Source: an uncultured Spirochaetota bacterium (GTDB lineage: Bacteria > Spirochaetota > Spirochaetia > SZUA-6 > Fen-1364). From it: a stretch of 64,000 nucleotides of DNA. The stretch's first letter is position 1. Each line of letters begins with the position of its first letter. The stretch spans positions 416,001 to 480,000 of the forward strand of contig CAWGAA010000003.1 of NCBI GenBank assembly GCA_963820525.1. The letters run 5' to 3'. The position numbers and the translations under genes are program-made. The notes beneath the pieces are model-generated. The model made no database searches and was not told the origin of the DNA. It worked only from the letters and a program-made list of their open reading frames with translations. This document shows positions 17,818 to 28,275 of this stretch, piece after piece.

Positions 17818-18812
17818 TGGCGAAGCTGAAACAGAAAACGGCCCCTGAGGTGGATGTGCTCACGGGATATCTACGGCAGATGCTCCTCATCCGCAGGTTC
17901 GAGGAGAAGGCGGCACAGATGTACGGCCTTCGAAAGATCGGGGGCTTCTGCCACCTCTACATCGGCCAGGAGGGGGTGGCGGTCGGCGCCATTTCCGCCC
18001 TTGACCTCGGCCGGGATTACGTCGTGACGGCCTACCGGGACCACGGCCACGCCCTGGCCTGCGGGATGGACCCCAAGACGGTCATGGCGGAGCTCTTCGC
18101 CAAGGAGACGGGATGCTCGCGGGGCAAGGGCGGGTCCATGCACCTGTTCGACAAAGACAAACACATGTTCGGCGGAAACGGCATTGTTGGGGCCCAGATC
18201 CCCGTGGCCACGGGGGTGGCCCTGAAGTGCCGCTACAGGAAGGACGGCGGGGTTGTGCTCTGCTTCTTCGGAGACGGAGCCATCCACCAGGGCTCGTATC
18301 ACGAGAGCCTCAACATGGCCAAGATCTGGAACCTGCCCATCGTCTACATCTGCGAGAACAACCATTACGGGATGGGCACCGATTGGCGGCGGGTCTCCGC
18401 CGTGACCGACTTTTCCTCCATGGGCTGCTCTTACGGCATCCCCGGCAAGCAGGTCAACGGCATGGATGTGCGCGAGGTCCACCGGGAAGTCTCCGCCGCG
18501 GTGGAAAGAGCGCGCGCGGAGTCCTCCCCGATGTTCCTGGAGATGCTCACCTACCGCTACCGCGGCCACTCGATGAGCGACCCGGCGAAATACAGGACCC
18601 CGGAGGAGCTGGAGTCCTACAAGAAGCAGGACCCCATCCTCATCCTCAAGCAGGCCATGACCGAGTCGGGGGCCTTGAGCGAATCCGACTACGAGGCGCT
18701 GGACGCTTCCAGCAAGGCGGCCTGCGAAGAGGCGGTGAGCTTCGCCGAGGAGAGCCCCGAGCCTCCCCTCCAGGCGATGTACGAGGACGTATTCTCCGAG
18801 GGTGAAACCTGA
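17817..18812 (+). CDS. pdhA: Pyruvate dehydrogenase E1 alpha
   Basis: GFCHLYIGQE, YRDHG, GDGA, TYRYRGHSMSDP; start ATG 17817. Confidence 0.95.
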   Translation: MAKLKQKTAPEVDVLTGYLRQMLLIRRFEEKAAQMYGLRKIGGFCHLYIGQEGVAVGAISALDLGRDYVVTAYRDHGHALACGMDPKTVMAELFAKETGCSRGKGGSMHLFDKDKHMFGGNGIVGAQIPVATGVALKCRYRKDGGVVLCFFGDGAIHQGSYHESLNMAKIWNLPIVYICENNHYGMGTDWRRVSAVTDFSSMGCSYGIPGKQVNGMDVREVHREVSAAVERARAESSPMFLEMLTYRYRGHSMSDPAKYRTPEELESYKKQDPILILKQAMTESGALSESDYEALDASSKAACEEAVSFAEESPEPPLQAMYEDVFSEGET

Positions 18813-19789
18813 TGGCCTCAATCACGGTCCGCGAAGCGCTCCGCCAGGCCATGGACGAAGAGATGGCCAGGGACGACAGGATCATCCTCCTGGGCGAAGA
18901 GGTGGGCGAGTACGACGGCGCCTACAAGGTGAGCCAGGGGCTTCTCGCCAAGTACGGACCCGAGAGGGTGATCGACACCCCCATCTCGGAGCTGGGGTTC
19001 ACCGGCATCGGAATCGGCGCCGCGATGGCGGGCCTCCGTCCCATCGTGGAGTGGATGACCTTCAACTTCTCGCTCCAGGCGTTCGACCAGGTGGTCAGCA
19101 ACGCGGCCAAGATGCGCTACATGTCGGGCGGCCAGTTCAGCCTGCCCATCGTCTTTCGCGGGCCCAACGGACCGGCCGAGCACCTCGCCTCCCAGCATTC
19201 CCAGGCGCTCCAGTCGATGTTCGCGCATGTCCCCGGGCTCAAGGTGGTGGCGCCGTCGAACGCCGCGGACGCGAAGGGTCTGCTCAAGGCCGCCATCCGC
19301 GACGACAACCCCGTGATCTTCATGGAGGCGGAGCTCATGTACGGGTGGAAGGGCGAGGTGCCTGAAGGGGAGCACATCGTCCCGCTTGGCGCGGCAGAGG
19401 TGAAACGGGCGGGAAAGGACGTCACCCTCGTCGGGTTCTCCAAGCCCCTGAAGACGATCCTCGAGGCGGCGGACGCCCTCCTGACCCAGGGGATCGAGGC
19501 CGAGGTGGTGGACCTGCGGACCGTCAGGCCCCTGGACGAGCGGGCGGTCTACGCCTCCGTGTCGAAGACCAACGCCTGCGTCGTGGTGGACGAGGCCTGG
19601 CCCTTCGCGAGCGTCGGCTCTCACGTGGCGTGGCTGGTTTCGCGCAACTGCTTCGACGATCTGGACGCTCCCGTGGAGCTGGTGTCCTCCGAGGATGTTC
19701 CCCTGCCGTACAATCACACCCTGGAGCTCGCCGCACAGCCCTCCGTGGAAAAGATCGTGGACGCCGTGAAACGCGCCCTGTACAGGTGA
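18812..19789 (+). CDS. pdhB: Pyruvate dehydrogenase E1 beta
   Basis: GEEVGEYDGAYKV, DTPISE, QHSQ. Confidence 0.95.
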   Translation: MASITVREALRQAMDEEMARDDRIILLGEEVGEYDGAYKVSQGLLAKYGPERVIDTPISELGFTGIGIGAAMAGLRPIVEWMTFNFSLQAFDQVVSNAAKMRYMSGGQFSLPIVFRGPNGPAEHLASQHSQALQSMFAHVPGLKVVAPSNAADAKGLLKAAIRDDNPVIFMEAELMYGWKGEVPEGEHIVPLGAAEVKRAGKDVTLVGFSKPLKTILEAADALLTQGIEAEVVDLRTVRPLDERAVYASVSKTNACVVVDEAWPFASVGSHVAWLVSRNCFDDLDAPVELVSSEDVPLPYNHTLELAAQPSVEKIVDAVKRALYR

Positions 19790-19798
19790 GGAGGGGTC

Positions 19799-21154
19799 AT
19801 GGCAGAAAAAGTGGTGATGATCGCCCTCTCTCCCACGATGGATGCGGGAACTCTCGTGAAGTGGCGCAAGAAGGAAGGCGACACGGTGAAGAGCGGGGAC
19901 GTGATCTGCGAGGTTGAGACGGACAAGGCCACAATGGACTACGAGTCCAGCTCCGAGGGCGTGCTCTTGAAGATCCTCCTCCCCGAGGGAGGGCAGGCGA
20001 AGGTGGGAGACCCGATCGCCATCCTGGGAAAGCCGGGAGAGGACATCGCCGCGCTCCTGGCGGAAAGCCCCCCGCCGCCCGCGGCGCCAAAGCCCATTTC
20101 GGCAGCGGCGGCGCAGGTCCCGGCCGCCGGGCTCTCGGGGCAGCAGACGGCGCCCGCTCCGGCAGCGCAGATCGCCCAGACCGGCCGCACCCTCAGCTCG
20201 CCCCTTGCCCGAAGGATGGCCAGGGAGCGTGGAATCGACCTCCGAGCCGTGCCGGGAAGCGGCCCGGGCGGGCGCGTCGTTAAGCGGGACATCGAGACGG
20301 CTTCCACCGGCGCATCGCGGGCCGCGGCGGGGCTCCCCGCTTCGCCGGCCTTCCCGGCGGGGCCTTCGACATTTGCGGGCGGCGCTACTCCGGTCCTTGC
20401 CCCCGCGCCGCAGGACCAGGTCCTGCCGCTCACCGGGATGCGCAGGACCATCGCCCGGCGTCTCTCGGAGTCGATGTTCACGGCGCCGCATATCTACCTC
20501 ACGGTATCCATCGCCATGGACGCGATCATGGCCGCTCGGCGGGAGCTGAACGCGGGCCGCGCGCGAAAGGTGTCGATGAACGCCTTTCTCATCAAGCTTT
20601 CCGCCGAGGCCTTGAAGCGGCATCCCCGGGTGAACTCCTCGTGGAACGGGGATTCAATCCTGGTGCGGGGAAGCATCGACATCGGCCTGGCAGTAGCCCT
20701 CCCGGACGGCCTTGTTACTCCGATTGTCAGAAACTGCGGCTTCAAGGGAATCGGCGCAATCGACGAGGAGCTCGCGGACATGGTCGAGCGGGCGCGCGCG
20801 GGAAGGCTCGCGCCTGAGGAGTACAACGGGGCGAGCTTTTCCATCAGCAACCTCGGTTCCTTCGGGGTGGAGGAGTTCACCGCGGTCATCAACCCTCCCG
20901 GCTCCGCCATCCTCGCCGTGGGCGCCATCAAAAGGCAGCCCGTTGTCGATGAAGAGGAACAGCCGGCGCCGCCGGGAGGGCGGCCCATCGCCGCGCCGGA
21001 CATCGCCGGCATCGGAGGGCCCGCCCTCACCGTTCGAAGCATGATGCGGGTCACTCTCTCCTGCGACCACCGCGTCATCGACGGCGCCGTGGGCGCCGCG
21101 TTTCTTGCGGACCTGCGGGCTATGATGGAAAACCCCTTTCGCATACTGTATTGA
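19799..21154 (+). CDS. pdhC: Dihydrolipoamide acetyltransferase E2
   Basis: Lipoyl ETDKA, SPLARR E3-binding domain, DHRVIDGA. Confidence 0.95.
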   Translation: MAEKVVMIALSPTMDAGTLVKWRKKEGDTVKSGDVICEVETDKATMDYESSSEGVLLKILLPEGGQAKVGDPIAILGKPGEDIAALLAESPPPPAAPKPISAAAAQVPAAGLSGQQTAPAPAAQIAQTGRTLSSPLARRMARERGIDLRAVPGSGPGGRVVKRDIETASTGASRAAAGLPASPAFPAGPSTFAGGATPVLAPAPQDQVLPLTGMRRTIARRLSESMFTAPHIYLTVSIAMDAIMAARRELNAGRARKVSMNAFLIKLSAEALKRHPRVNSSWNGDSILVRGSIDIGLAVALPDGLVTPIVRNCGFKGIGAIDEELADMVERARAGRLAPEEYNGASFSISNLGSFGVEEFTAVINPPGSAILAVGAIKRQPVVDEEEQPAPPGGRPIAAPDIAGIGGPALTVRSMMRVTLSCDHRVIDGAVGAAFLADLRAMMENPFRILY

Positions 21155-21175
21155 AACAGCAGGGAGGAGCATGAT

Positions 21176-22567
21176 TTGAGCGGTTTCGATTACGACGTGC
21201 TCATCATAGGCTCAGGCCCCGGTGGCTACGTGGCCGGGATCCGCGCGGCGCAGCTCGGGCTGAAGTCCGCGGTGATAGAGAAGGACAAGCCGGGGGGAGT
21301 ATGCCTCAACATCGGCTGCATCCCCTCCAAGGCCCTCATCCACCAGGCGGAGATCTTCCGTGGAATAGCGGCGCTTCAGGAGGCGGGGGTCACGGTCGAC
21401 TGCACGGGATTCGATTACGCCAAGGTCTACGAGAAATCCCGAAAGGCCGCGGACACGCTGTCCCGGGGCGTCGAATATCTGCTGAAGAAAAACAAGGTGG
21501 AGCTCATCACGGGAGAGGGAAAACTCTCGGGAAAGAACGAAGTGCTGGTCGGCGGCAGCAGGAAGGTGACGGGCAGGAACATCATCATCGCCACCGGCTC
21601 GCGCCCGCGAGAGCTTCCCGGCTTCCCCTTCGACGAAAAGCGGGTCCTCTCGTCCAACGGCGGGCTCATGCTCACCAAGCTTCCCAAGAAGATCGTCATC
21701 CTGGGCGCAGGCGCCATCGGCGTGGAGTTCAGCCACATCCTCAACGCCTTCGGGGTCGAGGTGCACCTGGTGGAAATGATGGACCGCATCCTTCCCCTGG
21801 AAGACGCGGAGAGCGTTTCCGTTCTCGAGCGGGCCTTCAAGAAGCGCGGGATCTCGATCTCAACATCCACCAAGGCCCTATCAATGGAAAAGGGAAAATC
21901 GAGCGTCAAGGTCGTCCTGGAGGATTCCTCAGGCGTGAAAAGGACGGTGGAGGCGGATCAGCTCCTTGTGGTCGTGGGGCGTGCCCCGAACTCCGAGAAG
22001 ATCGGCCTGGAGACCGTGGGGCTGTCCACGGAGAAGGGCGCCATCCCCGTGGGGGATTTCTATCAGACGAAGGTGAGCGGAATCTACGCCATCGGGGACG
22101 TGATTCCCGCTCCCCTCCTCGCCCACGTGGCATCCAAGGAAGGGGAGATCGCGGTGGAGCACATCGCGGGCAAAAATCCGCCGCCGCGCATCGACCCGCT
22201 CTCCATTCCCAACTGCGTGTACAGCGATCCTCAGGTGGCCAGCTTCGGGCTTCCCGAATGGAAGGCGAAGGAGCTGGGCCGGAAGTACCAGAAAGCGAGC
22301 TTCCCGTATCGCGGGGCGGGAAAATCGGTGGCGGTGGAGCAGACCGAAGGCTTCATCAAGGTCCTGCTCGACGCCGACACGAAGGAGATCATCGGCGCCC
22401 ACGCGGTCGGTGCCGAGGCAACCGAGCTCCTGCACGAGATCCTGCTTGCGCGAACCGCGGAGCTGCTTCCCGAGGACATCGCGAACATGATCCACGCGCA
22501 CCCCACGCTGTCGGAGGCGGTCATGGAGACCATGCGCGCCGCCGAGGGCTGGGCGATTCACATCTAA
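21176..22567 (+). CDS. lpdA: Dihydrolipoamide dehydrogenase E3
   Basis: GSGPGG, GGVCLNIGCIPSK, HAHPTLSE. Confidence 0.95.
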   Translation: MSGFDYDVLIIGSGPGGYVAGIRAAQLGLKSAVIEKDKPGGVCLNIGCIPSKALIHQAEIFRGIAALQEAGVTVDCTGFDYAKVYEKSRKAADTLSRGVEYLLKKNKVELITGEGKLSGKNEVLVGGSRKVTGRNIIIATGSRPRELPGFPFDEKRVLSSNGGLMLTKLPKKIVILGAGAIGVEFSHILNAFGVEVHLVEMMDRILPLEDAESVSVLERAFKKRGISISTSTKALSMEKGKSSVKVVLEDSSGVKRTVEADQLLVVVGRAPNSEKIGLETVGLSTEKGAIPVGDFYQTKVSGIYAIGDVIPAPLLAHVASKEGEIAVEHIAGKNPPPRIDPLSIPNCVYSDPQVASFGLPEWKAKELGRKYQKASFPYRGAGKSVAVEQTEGFIKVLLDADTKEIIGAHAVGAEATELLHEILLARTAELLPEDIANMIHAHPTLSEAVMETMRAAEGWAIHI

Positions 22568-22699
22568 AGCCCGGTTTCCGGCTTCACCCTTGCGCGCTCA
22601 GAACCCGGGATATATGCTCTAGATATATGATCGCTTGCCCCTCATTTTCCATTCCCGTTTTTTCTCGGATGGCGGGCCCTATCCTGTAAGAGAGGCGGC

Positions 22700-25015
22700 A
22701 TGGAGATCGAGAAAAAGCGCGCTTCAAGAATCTGTTTTCTGACCGACAACATCATCAGCTTCGGAAAGTATCAGACCCTGATCTGGGAAGGCGCCACGGA
22801 AGCCGCAAGAAAAAACCGCGTCGATTTTGCCTGCCTCTGCGGAGGAACCCTCGAAACCTCCCCCTTGAGCCCCTACGAGAAAAGGCGCAACGCCGTCTAT
22901 GAGCTCATCAACCCCGGCCATTTCGACGGGCTCATCGTCATCTCAACGGTGGGCAGCTTCATCGGCCTGGATCAATTCAGCGCCTTCCTGCGCCGCTTTT
23001 CGCCCCTCCCCACGGTGGTCATAGGCCGGCCGACCGAATCGTTCGCCTGCGTCGTGGAAGAAAACTACTCCAGCATGAAGGAGCTCGTCAGCCATCAGAT
23101 CCGGACGCACGGAAAGAAGCGTATAGCCTTCATCCGCGGCCCCGCCGCCTTGCAGGAGATGGAAGACCGATTTCGTGCCTACCAGGACGCCCTCAAGGAA
23201 AACGGAATAGAGTACGACCCGAGCCTCACGTTCATGGGAGACCTGATGCCGGATTCGGGAAGGAGGGCTTCCGAGTTCTTCTTCGATGGAAGGAGAGCGG
23301 CGCCGGACTGCCTGGTCGCGGTCAACGACAACATGGCGCTTGGCGCGATCGAGGAGCTGAAAAACCGGGGGATATCCATCCCGGACGATCTGGCCGTGGC
23401 GGGATACGACGACATCGAAGAGGCGGGAGTTTCGATTCCGGCCCTCACCACGGTCCGATCTCCCATCAAGCAGATGGGTTTCGCCTCCGTGGAGCTGCTC
23501 TTGAAAACGCTTCGGGGGAAACCGGGCCCGTCCCGGCTGACGCTTTCCTCGGAGGTCGTCATACGGGAATCCTGCGGCTGCTCGCTCACCAAGCTCGTCA
23601 CGTATCGGCCCCGGCGGAACAGTCCATCGGCCGGCCTGCCCGGAATCAGAAGGAATAAGAAGCGGATCATCGGCTCCCTCTCCCGGCTCTTCAATGGAGC
23701 CATGGAGAAGCGATTCATCGAAAACCGTCTTGAAACCCTCTTCGATTCGTTCGTCAAGGATCTGGAGGAAAAGAAGCCGGTCCGCCGCTTCGCCACGAAC
23801 CTATCGGCCGTCTTGAACGATACCGTTCTCTCGGACAGCAACATCCTGCTGTGGCATGGAATCATCGCTGCGTTCCGCAGGAAGGTCCAGGAGTTCCTGA
23901 CCGAGACGGAGGACATCGACTATGCTTCCGCCCTCTGGGATTCAGCGCTCCTGGTGATAGCCAACTACGCCTTCCGCATTCCGAAGTTCCAGACCATCGA
24001 GCGCGAGAAGCAGTCCGAGATCCTCAGGTCCGTGGGCAGGAACATCAACACTCTCTACGACATGCAAAGGCTGGCGGAGATCATCACGGACGAGCTTCCC
24101 AGGCTGGGCATCCGGTATTTCTTCATCTTCATGAACGAGGAGACGGCGGAGGGAATGCGCTGCGGAGGCATGCTCTCCGGCACCCTCAGGCTCACCGCGG
24201 CCTTCTGCGCCGGAGCGAGGCTGAACCTCGAGGCGATGCAGAAGGAGTTCCATCGCGACGCTTTCTTCGAGGACTTTTTCACGATCGCATCGAGGCAGGG
24301 CGAGAACGCGTCATTCCTGGTGGAGGCGCTCCACTTCCGGGAAGAGAACTTCGGCTTTGTCGTCTACCAATCCGACGCGCGCTCCAATGTCATCTTCGAG
24401 AATCTCACGGGTCAGATCAGCAGCGTCCTCATGAGCAGCATCCTCTATCACGAGCGGCTGGCCGCCGAAGCCAGGCTCACGTCAGCCCTCCAGGAGCTGG
24501 AGAACACGAACGAGAAGCTGGAAAGCTATTCCATCATCGACGAGCTCACGGGGCTGTACAACAGGCGGGGGCTCTTCACCTTCGCCGAGCAGCAGATGAA
24601 CCAGTCCATCCGCACGAACAAGCGCTTCCTCCTGTTCTTCGGCGACATGGACGACCTGAAGCTGATCAACGACGGCTGGGGCCACAGCGAAGGCGACCGC
24701 GCCCTGCGGGCGCTCACGAGGATTCTTCAGGACTCGTTTCGGAAATCGGACATCATCTCCCGCATCGGCGGGGACGAGTTCGTGATCATCGCGCCGGAAA
24801 CGCCGGCCTCCATGGCGGGCGCGATTCTGGACAAGCTGGCCGAAAAAATCAGGACGGCGAACGAAAAAGAGCCCCACCAGTATCCCCTGGACATCAGCTT
24901 CGGCGTCGCCGAGTTCGACGCTGAAAAAAAACCGGACATCGAATCCCTTCTTGCCGAGGCGGACAAGCAGCTGTACCTGAATAAGGAAAGAAAAAAGCAC
25001 CAGGCCGAAGAATAG
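22700..25015 (+). CDS. Diguanylate cyclase with N-terminal LacI-type sugar-binding-like sensor domain
   Basis: NDNMALG, GYDD, PALTTV, IRESCGC (LacI effector fold, no HTH); DELTGLYNRRG, RKSD I-site, RIGGDEF. Confidence 0.88.
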   Translation: MEIEKKRASRICFLTDNIISFGKYQTLIWEGATEAARKNRVDFACLCGGTLETSPLSPYEKRRNAVYELINPGHFDGLIVISTVGSFIGLDQFSAFLRRFSPLPTVVIGRPTESFACVVEENYSSMKELVSHQIRTHGKKRIAFIRGPAALQEMEDRFRAYQDALKENGIEYDPSLTFMGDLMPDSGRRASEFFFDGRRAAPDCLVAVNDNMALGAIEELKNRGISIPDDLAVAGYDDIEEAGVSIPALTTVRSPIKQMGFASVELLLKTLRGKPGPSRLTLSSEVVIRESCGCSLTKLVTYRPRRNSPSAGLPGIRRNKKRIIGSLSRLFNGAMEKRFIENRLETLFDSFVKDLEEKKPVRRFATNLSAVLNDTVLSDSNILLWHGIIAAFRRKVQEFLTETEDIDYASALWDSALLVIANYAFRIPKFQTIEREKQSEILRSVGRNINTLYDMQRLAEIITDELPRLGIRYFFIFMNEETAEGMRCGGMLSGTLRLTAAFCAGARLNLEAMQKEFHRDAFFEDFFTIASRQGENASFLVEALHFREENFGFVVYQSDARSNVIFENLTGQISSVLMSSILYHERLAAEARLTSALQELENTNEKLESYSIIDELTGLYNRRGLFTFAEQQMNQSIRTNKRFLLFFGDMDDLKLINDGWGHSEGDRALRALTRILQDSFRKSDIISRIGGDEFVIIAPETPASMAGAILDKLAEKIRTANEKEPHQYPLDISFGVAEFDAEKKPDIESLLAEADKQLYLNKERKKHQAEE

Positions 25016-25091
25016 CTCAGGCGGCGCCCAGACCGCGGCTCGTGAAAAGCGCTGAGCCTACCTCTGAATGCGAGCCTGAGGTGGCCCCCGT

Positions 25092-26121
25092 CTACCGCTG
25101 GACCCGGCCGGAGCCGGACCCGCCCATGAGGCTCTTCACCTCGGAAACGGAGAGAAGGGGCAGGTCTCCGGGAATGGAATGCTTGAGGCACGAGGCCGCG
25201 ACAGCGAACTCCAGCGCCTCCTTCGGCCCCGACAGAGAGCCCAGGCCGTAGATCAAACCCGCGGCAAACGCATCGCCGCTTCCCACCCTGTCCACCACGT
25301 CGCGGATCTCGTAGCCGCGGGAAACGAGGAACTCGCTTCCCGTGTGCAGCAACGGCGGACCAACCGTTGTCGTCAGCGGAGCGGCTCTGGCGAAGGGTTA
25401 TGGCGAGATGGGAGAGGTTGGGGTATTTTGAAAGCACCTTTTCCGCGAGCCCCCGGTACTGGCTGGGCTCAAGCGATCCGGATTCAACGTCGGCGGCTAC
25501 GCTAATTCCCAGGGATTTCTGGCAGTCCTCCTCGTTGGCCATGGCGACGTTCGCGTGCTTCACGAGCTCCCCCATGATCTCGGGGGCTGACGCGCCGTAC
25601 TTCCAGAGATTCTTTCGAAAGTTCAAATCGCAGGACACGGTGACGCCCATCCCGCGCGCCTTCTTCACCGCCTCCAGGGAAAGATCCGCTGCGGACTGGG
25701 AAATTGCGGGAGTGATGCCCGTGATATGCAGCCAGCCCGCGCCGGAAAGCGCGCTTTCCCAGTCGATGTCGCCTTTTTTCGCCTCCGCGATGGCGGAGCC
25801 GGCCCGGTCATAAATGACCACGGAGGGTCTCTGATTGGCGCCGCCCTCGAGGAAGTAGATCCCCAGGCGGCTTCCCTTTCGAACGATTGCCGACGTGTCT
25901 ATTCCATGCCGGGCGAGCTCGGCGACGCACGCGTCGCCTATCGCGTTCGCGGGTATGACGGAGATGTAGGCCGAGTCCAGGCCGAAGCGCGCCAGGGCCA
26001 CGGCGACGTTCGCCTCGCCTCCGCCGAAGGTCGCCTCGAAGCGCGGGCTCTGGAAGAAGCGTTCCGCACCCGGCGGCTTGAGACGCAGCATGATTTCACC
26101 GAAGGTGACGTATCGCGCCAT
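25092..26121 (-). CDS. kdgK: 2-keto-3-deoxygluconate kinase (PfkB family), frameshift at ~25351
   Basis: [25 protein letters not shown]; the DRVGSGDAF...LKHSIPGD C-terminus is in another frame; removing one T restores WSAVLHTG. Confidence 0.85.
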
Positions 26122-26140
26122 GCCCACCTCCTCTCTTTTC

Positions 26141-27097
26141 TCACCTCTGCAGAAGGTGGACGGCGAATCCGGAGATCTCGGCGTCGAGGTAAATCGCGGT
26201 GAGCCTGCCGTCCTTCTCCTTCGCGGTCTCCGGCTTCGAGTGAACGCCCTTTCTCTCGAGGCAGGCAAGGGCCCGCGGGATACTCAAGCTCGAAACGGCC
26301 AGGTGCCCATGGGACCCGAGAAACGGGCCCTTCATGAACTCGAAGCCGCCGGCGAAGGTCGAGCTGTTGCCGTCCTTGAGGGGAAACGCGAAAAGCCGGG
26401 CCATCTCACGGGCGCCGGCCATCGCGCTTTCCGCGCTCGATTCATTGATCCCCACGTGGGCCAGCTCGAAGCCGAGGGAAAGGGCGACCGCTTCGCGCGC
26501 GAGCTTTTCGATCTCGTCGAACTTTCCGGCTGAGATCATCGCATCCTTGGCAATCCACGTTCCGCCTACCGCCAGAACGCGGTTGAAAGAGAGGTATTCC
26601 TTGATATTGGAAGGATCCACTCCGCCGGTTGGGATGAACTGTACGCCCCCGAAGGGCGCCGACATGGCCTTCAGGAACTCCAGTCCTCCCGAGGCGCCCG
26701 CGGGGAAAAACTTCAAGACTTCCAGGCCGCGCTCGAGGGCAAGCTCGATCTCGGTGGGCGAGCACACCCCCGGGGTCACCGCGATTCCCTCACCGACGCA
26801 GTAGTCCACCACCTTCGGGTTGAAGCCGGGAGAGACGATGAAGCGCGCCCCGGCGCCGACGGCTTTCTTCACCTGCTCCACGGAAAGGACCGTTCCCGCC
26901 CCGACCAGGAGCTCGGGAAGCTCCCGGGTAATGGAGGCGATAGCCTCCTCGGCGGCCGCCGTTCTGAAGGTTATCTCGACAATCGGAAGGTCAGCCGCGA
27001 GGAGAGCCTTGCCCAGGCCCACCGCGTCCGACGCCTTGTCTATCTTGACCACGGGGATGACCCCGATCTCTCCGATCCTCTTCAACGCCTCGTGCAT
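26141..27097 (-). CDS. eda: KDPG/KHG aldolase with C-terminal extension
   Basis: EITFRT, GAGTVL, FIVSPG, KFFPA, PTGG; start MHEAL 27097. Confidence 0.9.
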   Translation of the reverse strand: MHEALKRIGEIGVIPVVKIDKASDAVGLGKALLAADLPIVEITFRTAAAEEAIASITRELPELLVGAGTVLSVEQVKKAVGAGARFIVSPGFNPKVVDYCVGEGIAVTPGVCSPTEIELALERGLEVLKFFPAGASGGLEFLKAMSAPFGGVQFIPTGGVDPSNIKEYLSFNRVLAVGGTWIAKDAMISAGKFDEIEKLAREAVALSLGFELAHVGINESSAESAMAGAREMARLFAFPLKDGNSSTFAGGFEFMKGPFLGSHGHLAVSSLSIPRALACLERKGVHSKPETAKEKDGRLTAIYLDAEISGFAVHLLQR

Positions 27098-27144
27098 TCC
27101 GTCTCCTCCCTCGCCCAAGACCGCAGGCCCGAGTGAAAAACCAA

Positions 27145-28134
27145 TCAGCGCGCAAGCGCCCGCGCCGCCGACGGTGAGTTCACCGGATAGACCGGTTTCC
27201 CGCCGGTGAGGACGGCCGCGACGTTCCTGGCCGCCTTGGTCTTGAGCTCAACAACGGACTCCTCGCTGTACCAGCCCGTGTGATCCGAAAGAACAACGGT
27301 GTCCAGGCTCCGCAGGGGGCTGTCGGCGGGAAGCGGCTCCTTTTCGAAAACATCGAGGCCGGCGCCCGCGATCCGTCCGGCCTGGAGCGCACGCGAGAGA
27401 GCCCCCTCGTCGATAACGGCCCCGCGGGAAGTGTTGATGAGGATGGCGCTCGCCTTCATCCGCGCGATTTCACGCGAGCCGATCATTGCCCTGGTATCCG
27501 CTTTCAGCGGAACGTGCACCGAGATGTAGTCCGATTCTTCGAGCACCCTCTGGAGGCTCGCCTTTTCCCCCCCGGCCTTGGCAATGCTTCCCTCGTCCTC
27601 CGTCGGGTCGCAGACGAGCACGCGCCGAAAGCCGAAGCCGCTGACCTTGCCATGCAGGCATTTTCCCACCCTGCCGTATCCGATGATCCCCAGCGTCTTT
27701 CCCGCGATCCTGCTCGTAGGCTGGTCTCTGTGGAGATTCCACCCCCCCTGGCGGATCCGTCTGTCCTTGTAGGCGATCTTTCTCACGCAGGACAACAGGA
27801 GCGCCATGGCCTGATCCGAGGCTTCCTCGTGGCAGTAGTCCGGAACGCGGGCCACCCAGATCCCCTTCCGCGTGGCCGCCTCCACGTCGACATTGTCGAA
27901 GCCCACCCCGTAGCGCGAGATGACGCTGCAGCGGGCGAGGCCCGAGATGATCGCTTCCGTCATGGGAAAGAGGTTCACCAGAATCCCGTCCGCTTCCCGC
28001 AGGGCGACGGCCGCATCCTCGGGGCTCGTGAGGCTCCTCACCTCCAGGCGGGCGCCGATCTCGCCGAGGACCGCTTCCTCCTCCCGGTAGCTTCCGAATC
28101 GGTCGTCGGTGACGACGACGGTGAACATGTCCAT
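27145..28134 (-). CDS. D-2-hydroxyacid dehydrogenase (CtBP/SerA-like)
   Basis: RYGVGFDNVD, GIIGYGRVG, INTSRG, LDVFEKEP; SD GAGGAGG before ATG 28134. Confidence 0.9.
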   Translation of the reverse strand: MDMFTVVVTDDRFGSYREEEAVLGEIGARLEVRSLTSPEDAAVALREADGILVNLFPMTEAIISGLARCSVISRYGVGFDNVDVEAATRKGIWVARVPDYCHEEASDQAMALLLSCVRKIAYKDRRIRQGGWNLHRDQPTSRIAGKTLGIIGYGRVGKCLHGKVSGFGFRRVLVCDPTEDEGSIAKAGGEKASLQRVLEESDYISVHVPLKADTRAMIGSREIARMKASAILINTSRGAVIDEGALSRALQAGRIAGAGLDVFEKEPLPADSPLRSLDTVVLSDHTGWYSEESVVELKTKAARNVAAVLTGGKPVYPVNSPSAARALAR

Positions 28135-28275
28135 GAATGGTCCCCTCCTCGATGCTCGAACTTCCAGTATACATGATCGGCGCAGCCGCAATCCAGGCCA
28201 AGGGGAAGATCGGGCGCCAGCTTGCGCGGGGTGTGCCGATGGGATACAAAGTGAGCAAATCTCGAGGAGGATGCA

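Noticed and set aside
15445..20623. Long antisense ORFs (15445-17346 +, 18818-20623 -, also 51553-53319 + and 33128-34444 -)
   Set aside because: They are shadows of well-supported genes on the opposite strand in GC-rich DNA and carry no motifs.
25340..25360. Programmed ribosomal frameshift in kdgK
   Set aside because: No slippery heptamer or stimulatory structure; a single-base indel explains it.
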